Source: an uncultured Candidatus Saccharibacteria bacterium (GTDB lineage: Bacteria; Patescibacteriota; Minisyncoccia; Minisyncoccales; Paceibacteraceae). Taken from it: a stretch of 53,433 nt of DNA. Location: NCBI GenBank assembly GCA_964459265.1, contig CAYWKA010000003.1, positions 1-53,433 on the forward strand, in the 5' to 3' direction. The notes under the pieces are model-generated. The model searched no databases and was not told the DNA's origin. It saw nothing but the letters and a program-made list of their open reading frames with translations. The translations under genes and the position numbers were made by a program. This document shows, piece after piece, positions 24,816 through 32,555 of the stretch. The first letter of the stretch is position 1, and each line of letters begins with the position of its first letter.

Positions 24816-24940
24816 ATTGAGGAAAAGTTTTAAAAGGATTAATTCCCCTTTTTTATACTTTTTCAATTCACAGCTATTCCTCAAGATATTAAAACCTAAT
24901 CTCTTTTAAAAATAAAAAATAATTTATTATAATAACAATA

Positions 24941-26068
24941 ATGAAAATAATAATATTACAAAAAATATTAAAAGAAGGCCTTAAAATTGTAGAAAGGATT
25001 TCTCAAAAAACTCCTTCTTTACCAATTCTTCAAAATATTCTTTTAAAAAGTAAAAAGAATTTCCTTAGTTTAGAAAGTACCAATTTAGAAATAGGAATAA
25101 AATGGTGGGCCTTAATAAAATTAACTAAAGAAGGAGAAATAGTTATCCCCACTCGAATTTTTTCTAATTTAATAAACCTTTTACCAGAGAAGCCGATTAA
25201 TTTAGAGGCTAAAAACACTGACCTTCTAATCTCTTGCGAAAATTATAAAACTGAAATTAAAGGATTTTCCTCTTCGGAGTTTCCTATTATTCCCTACTTA
25301 AAAGAAGGAGAGCAAATCTCTCTTCCAGCTTCCCTTTTCTGCCGAGCCCTGTCTCAAGTGGTGAACGTTGCTTCTCCTTCAATAGCTCGACCTGAGGTTT
25401 CAGGAGTTTACTTTTCTTTCCAAAAAGACCTAATAAAAATGGTGGCTACCGACAGTTTCCGTTTGGGAGAAAAAAAACTTTTTCTAAAATCGTCTCTCTT
25501 GCAAGAATATTCTTTAATTTTACCTCAACAAACCGCCAGAGAAATTATAAATATTTTTGGTGAAAAACGAGGAGATATCCAAATTTATTTTTCTTCTAAC
25601 CAAATTCTTTTTGAATCGATGATGCCAGAAGTAAATCATCCTCAGGTTCAACTTAGTTCAAAATTAATTGAGGGTGAGTACCCAAACTATCAAGAGATTG
25701 TTCCTAAAAAATACGAAACTCAAGTTATTTGCTCTCAAAACGAACTTTTAAACCAAATTAAAGCAGCTAGTATTTTTAGTGGGAAGGTTAGTGAGGTTAA
25801 AATAAAAATAGACCCTAAAGAAAAAAAGATTTATGTTCTTAGCCAAAGTCCGGACTTAGGAGAATATAAAAGTTTCTTTCCAGCTAAAATTAAAGGTAAA
25901 GAAGTTCAAGCCGCTTTTAACCATCGTTTTTTAACCGAAGGATTAGCCGAAATTAAAACTCCAGAAGTGGCTCTGGAGTTAGTCTCAGAGGAAAGTCCTG
26001 TTATCATTAAACCCGCTTCAGGAGAAGAGAATTATCTTTACGTAGTGATGCCGATTAAGGCCAGTTAA
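24941..26068 (+). CDS. dnaN: DNA polymerase III beta sliding clamp
   Basis: 375 aa, immediately after dnaA. Three-domain clamp pattern (LESTNLEIGI..., MVATDSFRL..., LIEGEYPNY). Confidence 0.9.
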   Translation: MKIIILQKILKEGLKIVERISQKTPSLPILQNILLKSKKNFLSLESTNLEIGIKWWALIKLTKEGEIVIPTRIFSNLINLLPEKPINLEAKNTDLLISCENYKTEIKGFSSSEFPIIPYLKEGEQISLPASLFCRALSQVVNVASPSIARPEVSGVYFSFQKDLIKMVATDSFRLGEKKLFLKSSLLQEYSLILPQQTAREIINIFGEKRGDIQIYFSSNQILFESMMPEVNHPQVQLSSKLIEGEYPNYQEIVPKKYETQVICSQNELLNQIKAASIFSGKVSEVKIKIDPKEKKIYVLSQSPDLGEYKSFFPAKIKGKEVQAAFNHRFLTEGLAEIKTPEVALELVSEESPVIIKPASGEENYLYVVMPIKAS

Positions 26069-26110
26069 TCTTTTACCCGAGCGAGGCAAAGCCGAACGAA
26101 GGGTTGGAGA

Positions 26111-28051
26111 TTAAGGCGAACTCAAAGAAGTAAACTTCATTGACTCCAAAGCTTCTTTCATAAAATTGTGGAAGATGGGACCGGCCAAAGTAACTGCCGG
26201 TTTTTTTGCCATAGAAGCATTATTGTTATTCCCTACCCAAACTCCAGTAACTAAAGAAGAGGTGTATCCTATCGCCCAAGCATCTCTAAAATCCTGAGTA
26301 GTCCCGGTTTTAGCGGCTACCCGGTGTTCTTCAAAAAATAAAGCTGATCTAGTTCCAAACATAGGAGCTCTGGCCTCATTGTCAGATAAAATATCATTAA
26401 TCAACTGACAAGTTTGGCTGGGGAGCACCCTTTTTAAACTTTTTTCGTTTATTTCAATAATATTGCCTTTTTGGTCCTCAATTTTTAAAATTGCTATCGG
26501 AGGAACTTTTAGACCTTCGGTGGCAAAAACTCCGTAAGCTGAAACCATTTCCAGCAATTTTACTTCCCAGCCTCCTAAAACAATCGAAGGTCCGAAAGGC
26601 GGTTTTAAAGTAGTGATTCCTAATTTTTCAGCAGTTTCAATGCTGTCGGGTAAACCGGCGAAATTAAGAAGAACTTTTACCGAAGGAACGTTAATCGATT
26701 GAGCCAGAGCTTGTCTTAAAGTAACCGGTCCCCGGAAGAGACCGTCGTAATTTTGAGGAATATACTCTTTCCCCCCCCAGAGCCCAAAATTAGTTTCTTC
26801 GTCAACAATCACAGTTTGGTCGCTATAGCCCTTGTTAAAAGCAGTAGCATAAACAAAAGGTTTAAAAGCCGAGCCCGGTTGACGACCAGGATTGTCTTTA
26901 GTGCCGACAACCGCATTAAACTGAGGGTCAAACAAGCAATTAGCTCCAGACGAACAATCTTCGGGATAGGGGCTATCAAAGTAATCTTTTGAACCTACTA
27001 AAGCTAAAATTTCACCAGTTTTAGGGTCTAGGGCCACTAAAGCAGCATTGTGAGCGTTATAATAAAGGTGGTTTGTTTCTGCTCCTTCTTCAACTACTTT
27101 TTCAGCTAACTTTTGCAGTTCCCAATCTAAAGAAGTATAAACTTTTAACCCCTTTTCCATTAAGAAAATATCGCTGTACTTTTCTTCTAAAAGCTCTTTC
27201 ACCCAGAGAGTAAAATGAGGGGCCTCAATAGGTTGTAAAATTTTAGCAAACTCAATTTCTTCTTCTTTAGCTTCGTTTGCTTCAGTTTGGCTAATAAAAT
27301 TTTCCTTGGCCATTCGGTCTAAAACATAATTTTTCCTTTCCAAAAGTTCTATTTTATAACTTCCATAAGGAGAAAGATGGCTGGGAGCTTTAATCAAAGC
27401 GGCCAGAACAGCGGCTTCCTCTAAAGAGGCCTCAGAAACTGATTTTTTAAAATAGGTCTGGCTAGCCGCTTCCACTCCGTAACAATTAGAGCCAAAAGGA
27501 ACTTGGTTTAGATACCACTCTAAAATTTGCTCTTTAGCATAACGACGGTCTAACTCTAAAGAAAGGACTATTTCTCTTATTTTTCTTTCAGCTGTTTTTT
27601 CAGTGGTTAAAAAAGCTGAACGAATTAATTGTTGAGGAATGGTAGAACCGCCATAAGCTGGTTGCAATAATTGTAAGTCGGCCAGGACCGCTCTGACTAT
27701 TCCCTTAAAATCTACCCCGAAATGATGATAAAAATCGGCATCCTCAACAGCGATAACGGCTTTTTCTAAGTAGTCGGGGATTACGTCTAAAGAAACCAGG
27801 GTTCTTTTTTCTTCCCCATAAATTTCGTATAAAAGATGCTCACCAGAACGGTCATAGATTTTAGTGGATTGAGGGAAGGGTCTTTCAGTAAATTTTTCCG
27901 GCCGGGGCAGATCTTTAGCATAATAAATAAACAAAAAAGCTCCTCCTAATAAGAAAACTAAAAAAATAAAAAATAAAACCTTTAGCCCGGGTAAAACCCT
28001 CCCTCCTTTCTTTTTTTGAAAGATTTTTAGGTATCTTTTTCTCTCGACCAT
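26111..28051 (-). CDS. Class A penicillin-binding protein (glycosyltransferase GT51 + transpeptidase)
   Basis: TM anchor, GT51 motifs EDADFYHHFG / GGSTIPQQL / RKIREI, and transpeptidase motifs SAFKPF (SxxK) and KTGTT. Confidence 0.93.
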   Translation of the reverse strand: MVERKRYLKIFQKKKGGRVLPGLKVLFFIFLVFLLGGAFLFIYYAKDLPRPEKFTERPFPQSTKIYDRSGEHLLYEIYGEEKRTLVSLDVIPDYLEKAVIAVEDADFYHHFGVDFKGIVRAVLADLQLLQPAYGGSTIPQQLIRSAFLTTEKTAERKIREIVLSLELDRRYAKEQILEWYLNQVPFGSNCYGVEAASQTYFKKSVSEASLEEAAVLAALIKAPSHLSPYGSYKIELLERKNYVLDRMAKENFISQTEANEAKEEEIEFAKILQPIEAPHFTLWVKELLEEKYSDIFLMEKGLKVYTSLDWELQKLAEKVVEEGAETNHLYYNAHNAALVALDPKTGEILALVGSKDYFDSPYPEDCSSGANCLFDPQFNAVVGTKDNPGRQPGSAFKPFVYATAFNKGYSDQTVIVDEETNFGLWGGKEYIPQNYDGLFRGPVTLRQALAQSINVPSVKVLLNFAGLPDSIETAEKLGITTLKPPFGPSIVLGGWEVKLLEMVSAYGVFATEGLKVPPIAILKIEDQKGNIIEINEKSLKRVLPSQTCQLINDILSDNEARAPMFGTRSALFFEEHRVAAKTGTTQDFRDAWAIGYTSSLVTGVWVGNNNNASMAKKPAVTLAGPIFHNFMKEALESMKFTSLSSP

Positions 28052-28075
28052 AGTCCTATTTTATCACTCTTTGTT

Positions 28076-28106
28076 AATAAAAACAGCCCCCTTTTATTGG
28101 AAGCTG
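28076..28106 (-). terminator. Rho-independent terminator (minus strand) closing the orphan unit
   Basis: On the minus strand: CAGCUUCC-AAUAAAA-GGGGGCUG (8 bp including two G-U) followed by UUUUUAUU. Confidence 0.5.
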
Positions 28107-28117
28107 CTTGCATATTA

Positions 28118-28148
28118 AATTAAACCCCCCGTAACGGGGGGTTTAATT
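28118..28148. terminator. Perfect 13-bp inverted repeat (bidirectional hairpin)
   Basis: AATTAAACCCCCC-GTAAC-GGGGGGTTTAATT. It overlaps the stop codon of the small acidic ORF. Confidence 0.5.
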
Positions 28149-28269
28149 ACTCAGCTTTTTCTTCGTCACCTTCTGAAGCTCCTTCTGGAGTTTCAGGAGC
28201 ACTTTTTTCTCCTTCTGGCTCTTCGGTTTCGCAGATAAAAGGAGTTAGAACTTTATCTTCGTAAATCAT
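28147..28269 (-). CDS. Possible 40-aa highly acidic peptide, or a non-coding part of an sRNA
   Basis: ATG at 28269 to TAA at 28147 encodes MIYEDKVLTPFICETEEPEGEKSAPETPEGASEGDEEKAE. It lies between a consensus promoter and two hairpins but has no Shine-Dalgarno sequence, so coding status is uncertain. Confidence 0.3.
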   Translation of the reverse strand: MIYEDKVLTPFICETEEPEGEKSAPETPEGASEGDEEKAE

Positions 28270-28384
28270 GGTTTTTTATAATAGGTTATCCCGCTTTCGG
28301 CGGGACGTTTATTTTTATTTAATTTATATCGACCTTTCCGAACACATAAAACTATCTTATGTGCTTGGTGGGTTCTACAGAGTC

Positions 28385-28412
28385 ATTATACGTATCGAAA
28401 AAAACTTGTCAA
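28385..28412 (-). promoter_or_regulatory. Near-consensus sigma70-type promoter TTGACA-N16-TATAAT (minus strand)
   Basis: The reverse complement reads TTGACAAGTTTTTTTCGATACGTATAAT. It starts 4 nt downstream of the stop of ORF 28416-28724. Confidence 0.55.
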
Positions 28413-28415
28413 GGG

Positions 28416-28724
28416 CTAAACCGTATTTATGTTTACTTTTTCTTTCCTGAACCCTTTCCGTTTTTTGTCCCAACACCAGATTTCTACCGTCAGTTCCACT
28501 TCGTGTTCCTTAAGGAACCCTGTTATCTTTTTTCTTTTGGCCGAAACGTTGGGTAGGGTGGTTAGTTGAATATACTTTTTCTGCCGTCCTTTTAAAGCTA
28601 AGACGTCAATAACCCCAAAGACGTCAGTTTGTTTAAACTTTATTTTTGGAGGGTACCAGACAACCCAGCCGGTTTCTTCCAGCACCCGAACCGCTTTTTT
28701 CCTAGTAACTGCTTCTTTTGGCAT
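28416..28724 (-). CDS. Small PD-(D/E)xK nuclease-fold-like protein (putative)
   Basis: 102 aa. TDVFGVIDVLALKGRQKKYIQLTT fits a D...D-x-(L/A)-x-K restriction-endonuclease-like core. The assignment rests on this motif only. Confidence 0.4.
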   Translation of the reverse strand: MPKEAVTRKKAVRVLEETGWVVWYPPKIKFKQTDVFGVIDVLALKGRQKKYIQLTTLPNVSAKRKKITGFLKEHEVELTVEIWCWDKKRKGFRKEKVNINTV

Positions 28725-28809
28725 CGAAATAAATATTTTATATTTATCGAAGATTGAAATGAAGCATTAGCTTCATCTCTGGCTCATCAATCATCAAGGT
28801 GATTTTTTA

Positions 28810-29529
28810 CTACATTTTTATATTGGAGTATATTTCTTGGACGGCATCGTTTTCGTCCAGGGCTTCGAAAAGTTTTTGGCAAGCCTGTTTATCTTTTTCT
28901 TCTAACTTAATTTGCTCTTTGGCTACCCAATCTAAAGAAGTTGTTTCGGTCTCGATATTCTTATCTTCCAGGTTTTTCTTGACTTTTTCCAATTCTTCGG
29001 GCTTAGTATAAACATCTAATACGCCGTCGTGCCAATAAATATCTTCCGCCCCCGCTTCAATAGCTGCTATTTCCAGTTCTTCCTTGTCTTTCCCTTGAGG
29101 ATTAACGGTAATCGTCCCCTTTCTTTCAAAGAGCCATTTTACCGAACCTTCGCCGACTAATTTCCCGCCGTTTTGGTATAGAATCTGCTTGATTTCTCCT
29201 AAAGTCCGGTTTTTATTGTCAGTAATCCCTTCAATAATAACAGCTATTCCGCCCGGGCCGTAGGCCTCAAAAACAACCGATTCTAATTGAACCCCCTCTA
29301 ATTCGCCAGTACCTCGTTTGACAGCCCTTTCAATGTTCTCGGCTGGCATGTTAAGACTTTTAGCTCTTTCAATGATTAGTCTTAATTTAGAATTAAACTC
29401 CGGATTGTCACTTCCTTCTTTAGCCGCAACGGTAATTTCTTTGGCCATTTTAGAAAACGCCTTGCTTCTTTTAGCATCGGCTAATCCCTTTTTATGTTTT
29501 ATGCCGGCCCAATGAGAATGCCCGCTCAT
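28810..29529 (-). CDS. yebC: YebC/PmpR-family transcriptional regulator
   Basis: MSGHSHWAGIKHKKGLADAKRSKAFSKMAKEI is the invariant YebC N-terminus; 239 aa. Confidence 0.95.
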   Translation of the reverse strand: MSGHSHWAGIKHKKGLADAKRSKAFSKMAKEITVAAKEGSDNPEFNSKLRLIIERAKSLNMPAENIERAVKRGTGELEGVQLESVVFEAYGPGGIAVIIEGITDNKNRTLGEIKQILYQNGGKLVGEGSVKWLFERKGTITVNPQGKDKEELEIAAIEAGAEDIYWHDGVLDVYTKPEELEKVKKNLEDKNIETETTSLDWVAKEQIKLEEKDKQACQKLFEALDENDAVQEIYSNIKM

Positions 29530-30449
29530 ACCGTTTTATTATATACCTTTTTTGTTCGGTCTTTAAGTAATAAAATTATTATGCCAGAGAAAAAAGCTAC
29601 TCCCAAGGCAACCCAAAAAGGGAAATCAGCAGGCTCTCTGGATGTTTGTTCGCCAATTGCCGCTAACTCTTTTATAGGTTTTTCTTTCGCTTCTTTTTCT
29701 GGAATAGTTTCTTTTACTTTTTCAGAAAATTCAGCTTCTCTCGACTCCGGAATTAAAGAAGGAACAACATTGGCAGACCCCGGAGTTAAAACCCCGCTCC
29801 AGGCCCAGCCAGATTCGGTTCGGTTGTAAGATTCTCCCCGCGGAGCCTTTTTATAACTGACCGCGTCAATTATGTTTCCGTCAGGTTGGATAAGCTTTAA
29901 TCCGTCGCCGCTGTTGTTCAGGGTAATTTTGGTAACAGGACGGGTGAGAACTAAAAAACCCAGGGTTTTAATTATTGTTTTTTCGGGGAAAATATAAGTT
30001 TTAGTAGTACCGACCGTGTCGGTAACCCGCCATTCAGAAAGGTCAACTTCAAAAGCGTTTTGATTAAAAATTTCAATCCATTCTTCTTCGGTATCAAGTC
30101 CTTCAGGAGAAGGAAGAAATTCATTTACAACAACGCCTCCGGGATAAGTTATTAATTTAGGCGCTTCTTTTTCTTCGTTTTCTATCCAAGCTAAACCCTG
30201 CTCTTTGATATCTTCAACTCTCGCCTCGCTTATGCCTTTTATCTTGGTAAGTTCGTCTAAGGAAGAAAACGGCCTTAAAGAAATCAGCTCTCTCGCCCTC
30301 GTTTCCCCTATGTGAACGATTTTAACTAAATCTTCTAAAGGAGCAGTATTAATGTCTATTTTCTCTGCGGCAAAAACAAAAATAATCACCGACAATCCGG
30401 TTGAAACAACCAAGCAGAAAACCAATAAAGCCCTTGACAAATTACGCAT
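29526..30449 (-). CDS. ComEA-type helix-hairpin-helix DNA-binding domain fused to a lamin-tail domain, with N- and C-terminal hydrophobic anchors
   Basis: HhH: IDINTAPLEDLVKIVHIGETRARELISLRPFSSLDELTKIKGISEARVEDIKEQG. LTD: VVVNEFLPSPEGLDTEEEWIEIFNQNAFEVDLSEWRVTD...GDGLKLIQPDG. C-terminal FPFWVALGVAFFSGIIILLL plus a basic tail. ATGA overlap with yebC. Confidence 0.8.
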   Translation of the reverse strand: MRNLSRALLVFCLVVSTGLSVIIFVFAAEKIDINTAPLEDLVKIVHIGETRARELISLRPFSSLDELTKIKGISEARVEDIKEQGLAWIENEEKEAPKLITYPGGVVVNEFLPSPEGLDTEEEWIEIFNQNAFEVDLSEWRVTDTVGTTKTYIFPEKTIIKTLGFLVLTRPVTKITLNNSGDGLKLIQPDGNIIDAVSYKKAPRGESYNRTESGWAWSGVLTPGSANVVPSLIPESREAEFSEKVKETIPEKEAKEKPIKELAAIGEQTSREPADFPFWVALGVAFFSGIIILLLKDRTKKVYNKTV

Positions 30450-30462
30450 AAACTGTTAAAAT
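30434..30462 (+). promoter_or_regulatory. Consensus sigma70-type promoter TTGACA-N17-(TGn)TAAAAT on the plus strand
   Basis: TTGACA at 30434-30439, a 17-nt spacer ending in TGT, and TAAAAT at 30457-30462. It overlaps the start codon of the minus-strand comEA-LTD gene and points into the intergenic region. Confidence 0.55.
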
Positions 30463-30468
30463 ATAAGA

Positions 30469-30616
30469 TAAACTTTGTTTAAAAACAGCCCTAGATCTGG
30501 GGGCGGGATTCTTCTCTTGATGGACAATCTGGCTTAGGCGAGATTCCTCCTCAGAAAGATTCTAAACTTAAGTTCCTACGCTTTGGTGCCCCCAGCTCCG
30601 GGGCTGTTTTTATTTT
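30469..30616 (+). ncRNA. Predicted ~150-nt structured small RNA of unknown class, antisense to the pilB-comEA intergenic region
   Basis: The start is inferred ~7 nt after the -10. A long closing helix pairs 30481-30492 with 30600-30611 (12 bp) and 30497-30504 with 30588-30595 (8 bp, CTGGGGGC/GCCCCCAG). The 3' end GGGGCTGTTTTTATTTT is terminator-like. Confidence 0.45.
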
Positions 30617-30620
30617 AGAA

Positions 30621-31916
30621 TTATTCAGCGGCCACCCTTTCCACTTCCTCTATAGTAGTGATTCCTTCTAACGCTTTAACTAAACCGTCTTGATACATTG
30701 TGACCATTCCTCTTTTTACCGCTTCTTCTTTAAGAGCGGCGATGGAAGGGTTCTTTAAGATAAACTTTTCCATTTTGTCATCAACCAAAAAAGCCTCAAA
30801 GATACCAATTCGCCCCCGATAACCGGTATAGTTGCAGCTTTTACACCCCTGAGCTTTAGGGATTTTTATTGCCCTGCCAGTTTTAAGGATTTCCACTTCT
30901 TTGGAAACTCTTTTTAAACTCTTTTTTATTTTCTTTAATTCTGAAGAGCTCGGTTTGACTAATTTTCCGCACTTTTGACAAATTTTTCTGACCAACCTTT
31001 GGGCAACCGCCATATTTATAGCTGGCCCGATATCGGCTGGTTTAGCCCCCAAATTAACCAATCTAGCTATAGTACCGGCAGCGTCATTAGTGTGTAGAGT
31101 AGTAAAGACTAAATGGCCGGTAAGAGCAGCTTGAAGGGCGATTTCGCAAGTTTCCAAATCTCTTATTTCGCCCACCAGAATTACATCAGGGTCTTGGCGC
31201 ATAATTGATTTAAGGCCGGTGGCAAAGTCATACCCCGATTTAGGGTCAGTTTGGGTTTGGGAGATTCCTTTTAAATGGTATTCAATAGGGTCTTCAATGG
31301 TAATAATTTTGACTTCCGGTTTATGAATTTCTCTTAAAAAAGAATAAAGAGTAGTAGTTTTCCCCGAACCGGTGGGTCCGGTAACAATAATCATTCCATT
31401 AGGTTTTTTGATTTCTTTTTTAAATAAAGCAAACAAATCATTTCTTAGCCCTAGTGTTTTTAAATCTAATAAGCTTTTTGGGTTTAAAATTCTCAAGACG
31501 ACTGACTCTCCGTATTCTGAGGGCAGGAGAGAAGCTCTAATCTCTACAGTTGTTTCATTAAGTGCCGCTGACAATCTCCCGTCTTGAGGGCGGTCAGTGA
31601 TGTTTAATTTGACTCCCGAAAGGAGCTTTAGGCGGGAAAGAATAGTGTCATACAGTTGTTTTTCAAAAAAAATAAGGTCTTGCAAAACCCCATCAATTCT
31701 TATACGAACTTTTGTTTTTTCTTCTTTTGGTTCAAAATGGATATCAGAGGCTTCAAGTAAGATTGCGCCTCCAAAAATAACTTCTAAAATTTCAGTAACA
31801 TTTTTAACTAAAGAGTTCTCAACTTTTTTCTTAAAATCAGTAATATTTTTAATTTCTTTAAGGCTAGCCGGCGAGATTTTTACTTCACCAGTAATCTTCT
31901 TTGAAATTTGAGGCAT
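30621..31916 (-). CDS. GspE/PilB-family type IV pilus / type II secretion assembly ATPase (short form)
   Basis: Walker A GPTGSGKTTT, Asp box, Walker B ILVGEIRD, His box TGHLVFTTLHTNDA, and a tetracysteine motif CQKCGK...CKSCNYTGYRGRIGIFE. Confidence 0.9.
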   Translation of the reverse strand: MPQISKKITGEVKISPASLKEIKNITDFKKKVENSLVKNVTEILEVIFGGAILLEASDIHFEPKEEKTKVRIRIDGVLQDLIFFEKQLYDTILSRLKLLSGVKLNITDRPQDGRLSAALNETTVEIRASLLPSEYGESVVLRILNPKSLLDLKTLGLRNDLFALFKKEIKKPNGMIIVTGPTGSGKTTTLYSFLREIHKPEVKIITIEDPIEYHLKGISQTQTDPKSGYDFATGLKSIMRQDPDVILVGEIRDLETCEIALQAALTGHLVFTTLHTNDAAGTIARLVNLGAKPADIGPAINMAVAQRLVRKICQKCGKLVKPSSSELKKIKKSLKRVSKEVEILKTGRAIKIPKAQGCKSCNYTGYRGRIGIFEAFLVDDKMEKFILKNPSIAALKEEAVKRGMVTMYQDGLVKALEGITTIEEVERVAAE

Positions 31917-32084
31917 GGTCGCTGAAACTTCGTTTCATCTCCCCCTTCGCTTTTACTTCGCAAAAGCTCAGGAAAAGATTAAAATTAAATAATACTTCAC
32001 TTATTTGCAATTTATCTTATTTTTCCTCGGAAGTCAATGAGCTTTACTCATTTTCTCCTTCATCCGTGGAGGATTCGGAAGTCA

Positions 32085-32555
32085 ATGCGATTTAAAAAAT
32101 ACCTTACTAAAAATCCTTCTCAAACTAAGAAATTGGGTGAAAAACTGGTTCAAGAAATTTTAAATAGCCCGTTTCCAAAAGAGACTTTAGTTTTAGGGTT
32201 GAAAGGAGATTTAGGAGGAGGGAAAACCACTTTTTTACAGGGCTTTGCTAAAGGGTTGGGGATAAAAGAGAAGATATTAAGCCCGACCTTTATTATTCTA
32301 AAAAAAATCAAAATGCAATCCGCCAGCTGGCGGACAAACTTCAAAAACTTTTATCATATTGATTGTTATCGCATTGAAAAGCCAAGAGAACTTTTAAGTT
32401 TAGGGTTTAAGAAAATTATTACTAATCCTCAGAATGTTGTAGCGATTGAGTGGGCAGATAGAATTGATAAAATACTTCCGGCAAAAACCATCATTATAAA
32501 TTTTGAGTTCGTCGACCAAAAAACTAGAAAAATTACAATAGGTTTTAAAAAATGA
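32085..32555 (+). CDS. tsaE: tRNA threonylcarbamoyladenosine (t6A) biosynthesis protein TsaE
   Basis: P-loop GDLGGGKTTFLQGFAKGLGI and YHIDCYR motif. ATG 32085 is preferred over the tracked 32037 (non-conserved extension; GGAGGA lies upstream of 32085). Confidence 0.85.
   Translation: MRFKKYLTKNPSQTKKLGEKLVQEILNSPFPKETLVLGLKGDLGGGKTTFLQGFAKGLGIKEKILSPTFIILKKIKMQSASWRTNFKNFYHIDCYRIEKPRELLSLGFKKIITNPQNVVAIEWADRIDKILPAKTIIINFEFVDQKTRKITIGFKK

Noticed and set aside
23254-24940. Search for canonical DnaA boxes (TTATCCACA / TGTGGATAA) around dnaA
   Set aside because: None is present within two mismatches in either spacer. The origin call therefore rests on synteny only, and I do not annotate individual boxes.
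28268-28556. Two plus-strand ORFs (60 and 65 aa) in the gap upstream of the PBP gene
   Set aside because: They run across a minus-strand consensus promoter, hairpins and the 3' end of the 102-aa gene. They have no SD and no family resemblance.
30481-30616. Attempted assignment of the structured intergenic RNA to SRP (4.5S) RNA, 6S RNA, a TPP riboswitch or a c-di-GMP (GEMM) riboswitch
   Set aside because: The GGGGGC...GCCCCC closing helix recalls 4.5S RNA. However, the conserved apical GGAA tetraloop with the AGCA/GGUCAGG loops is absent on either strand. TPP elements (CUGAGA, ACCUGAUCUGG) and GEMM elements appear only as partial matches in the wrong order. At about 150 nt it is shorter than most 6S RNAs (~180 nt). 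The class is left unknown.
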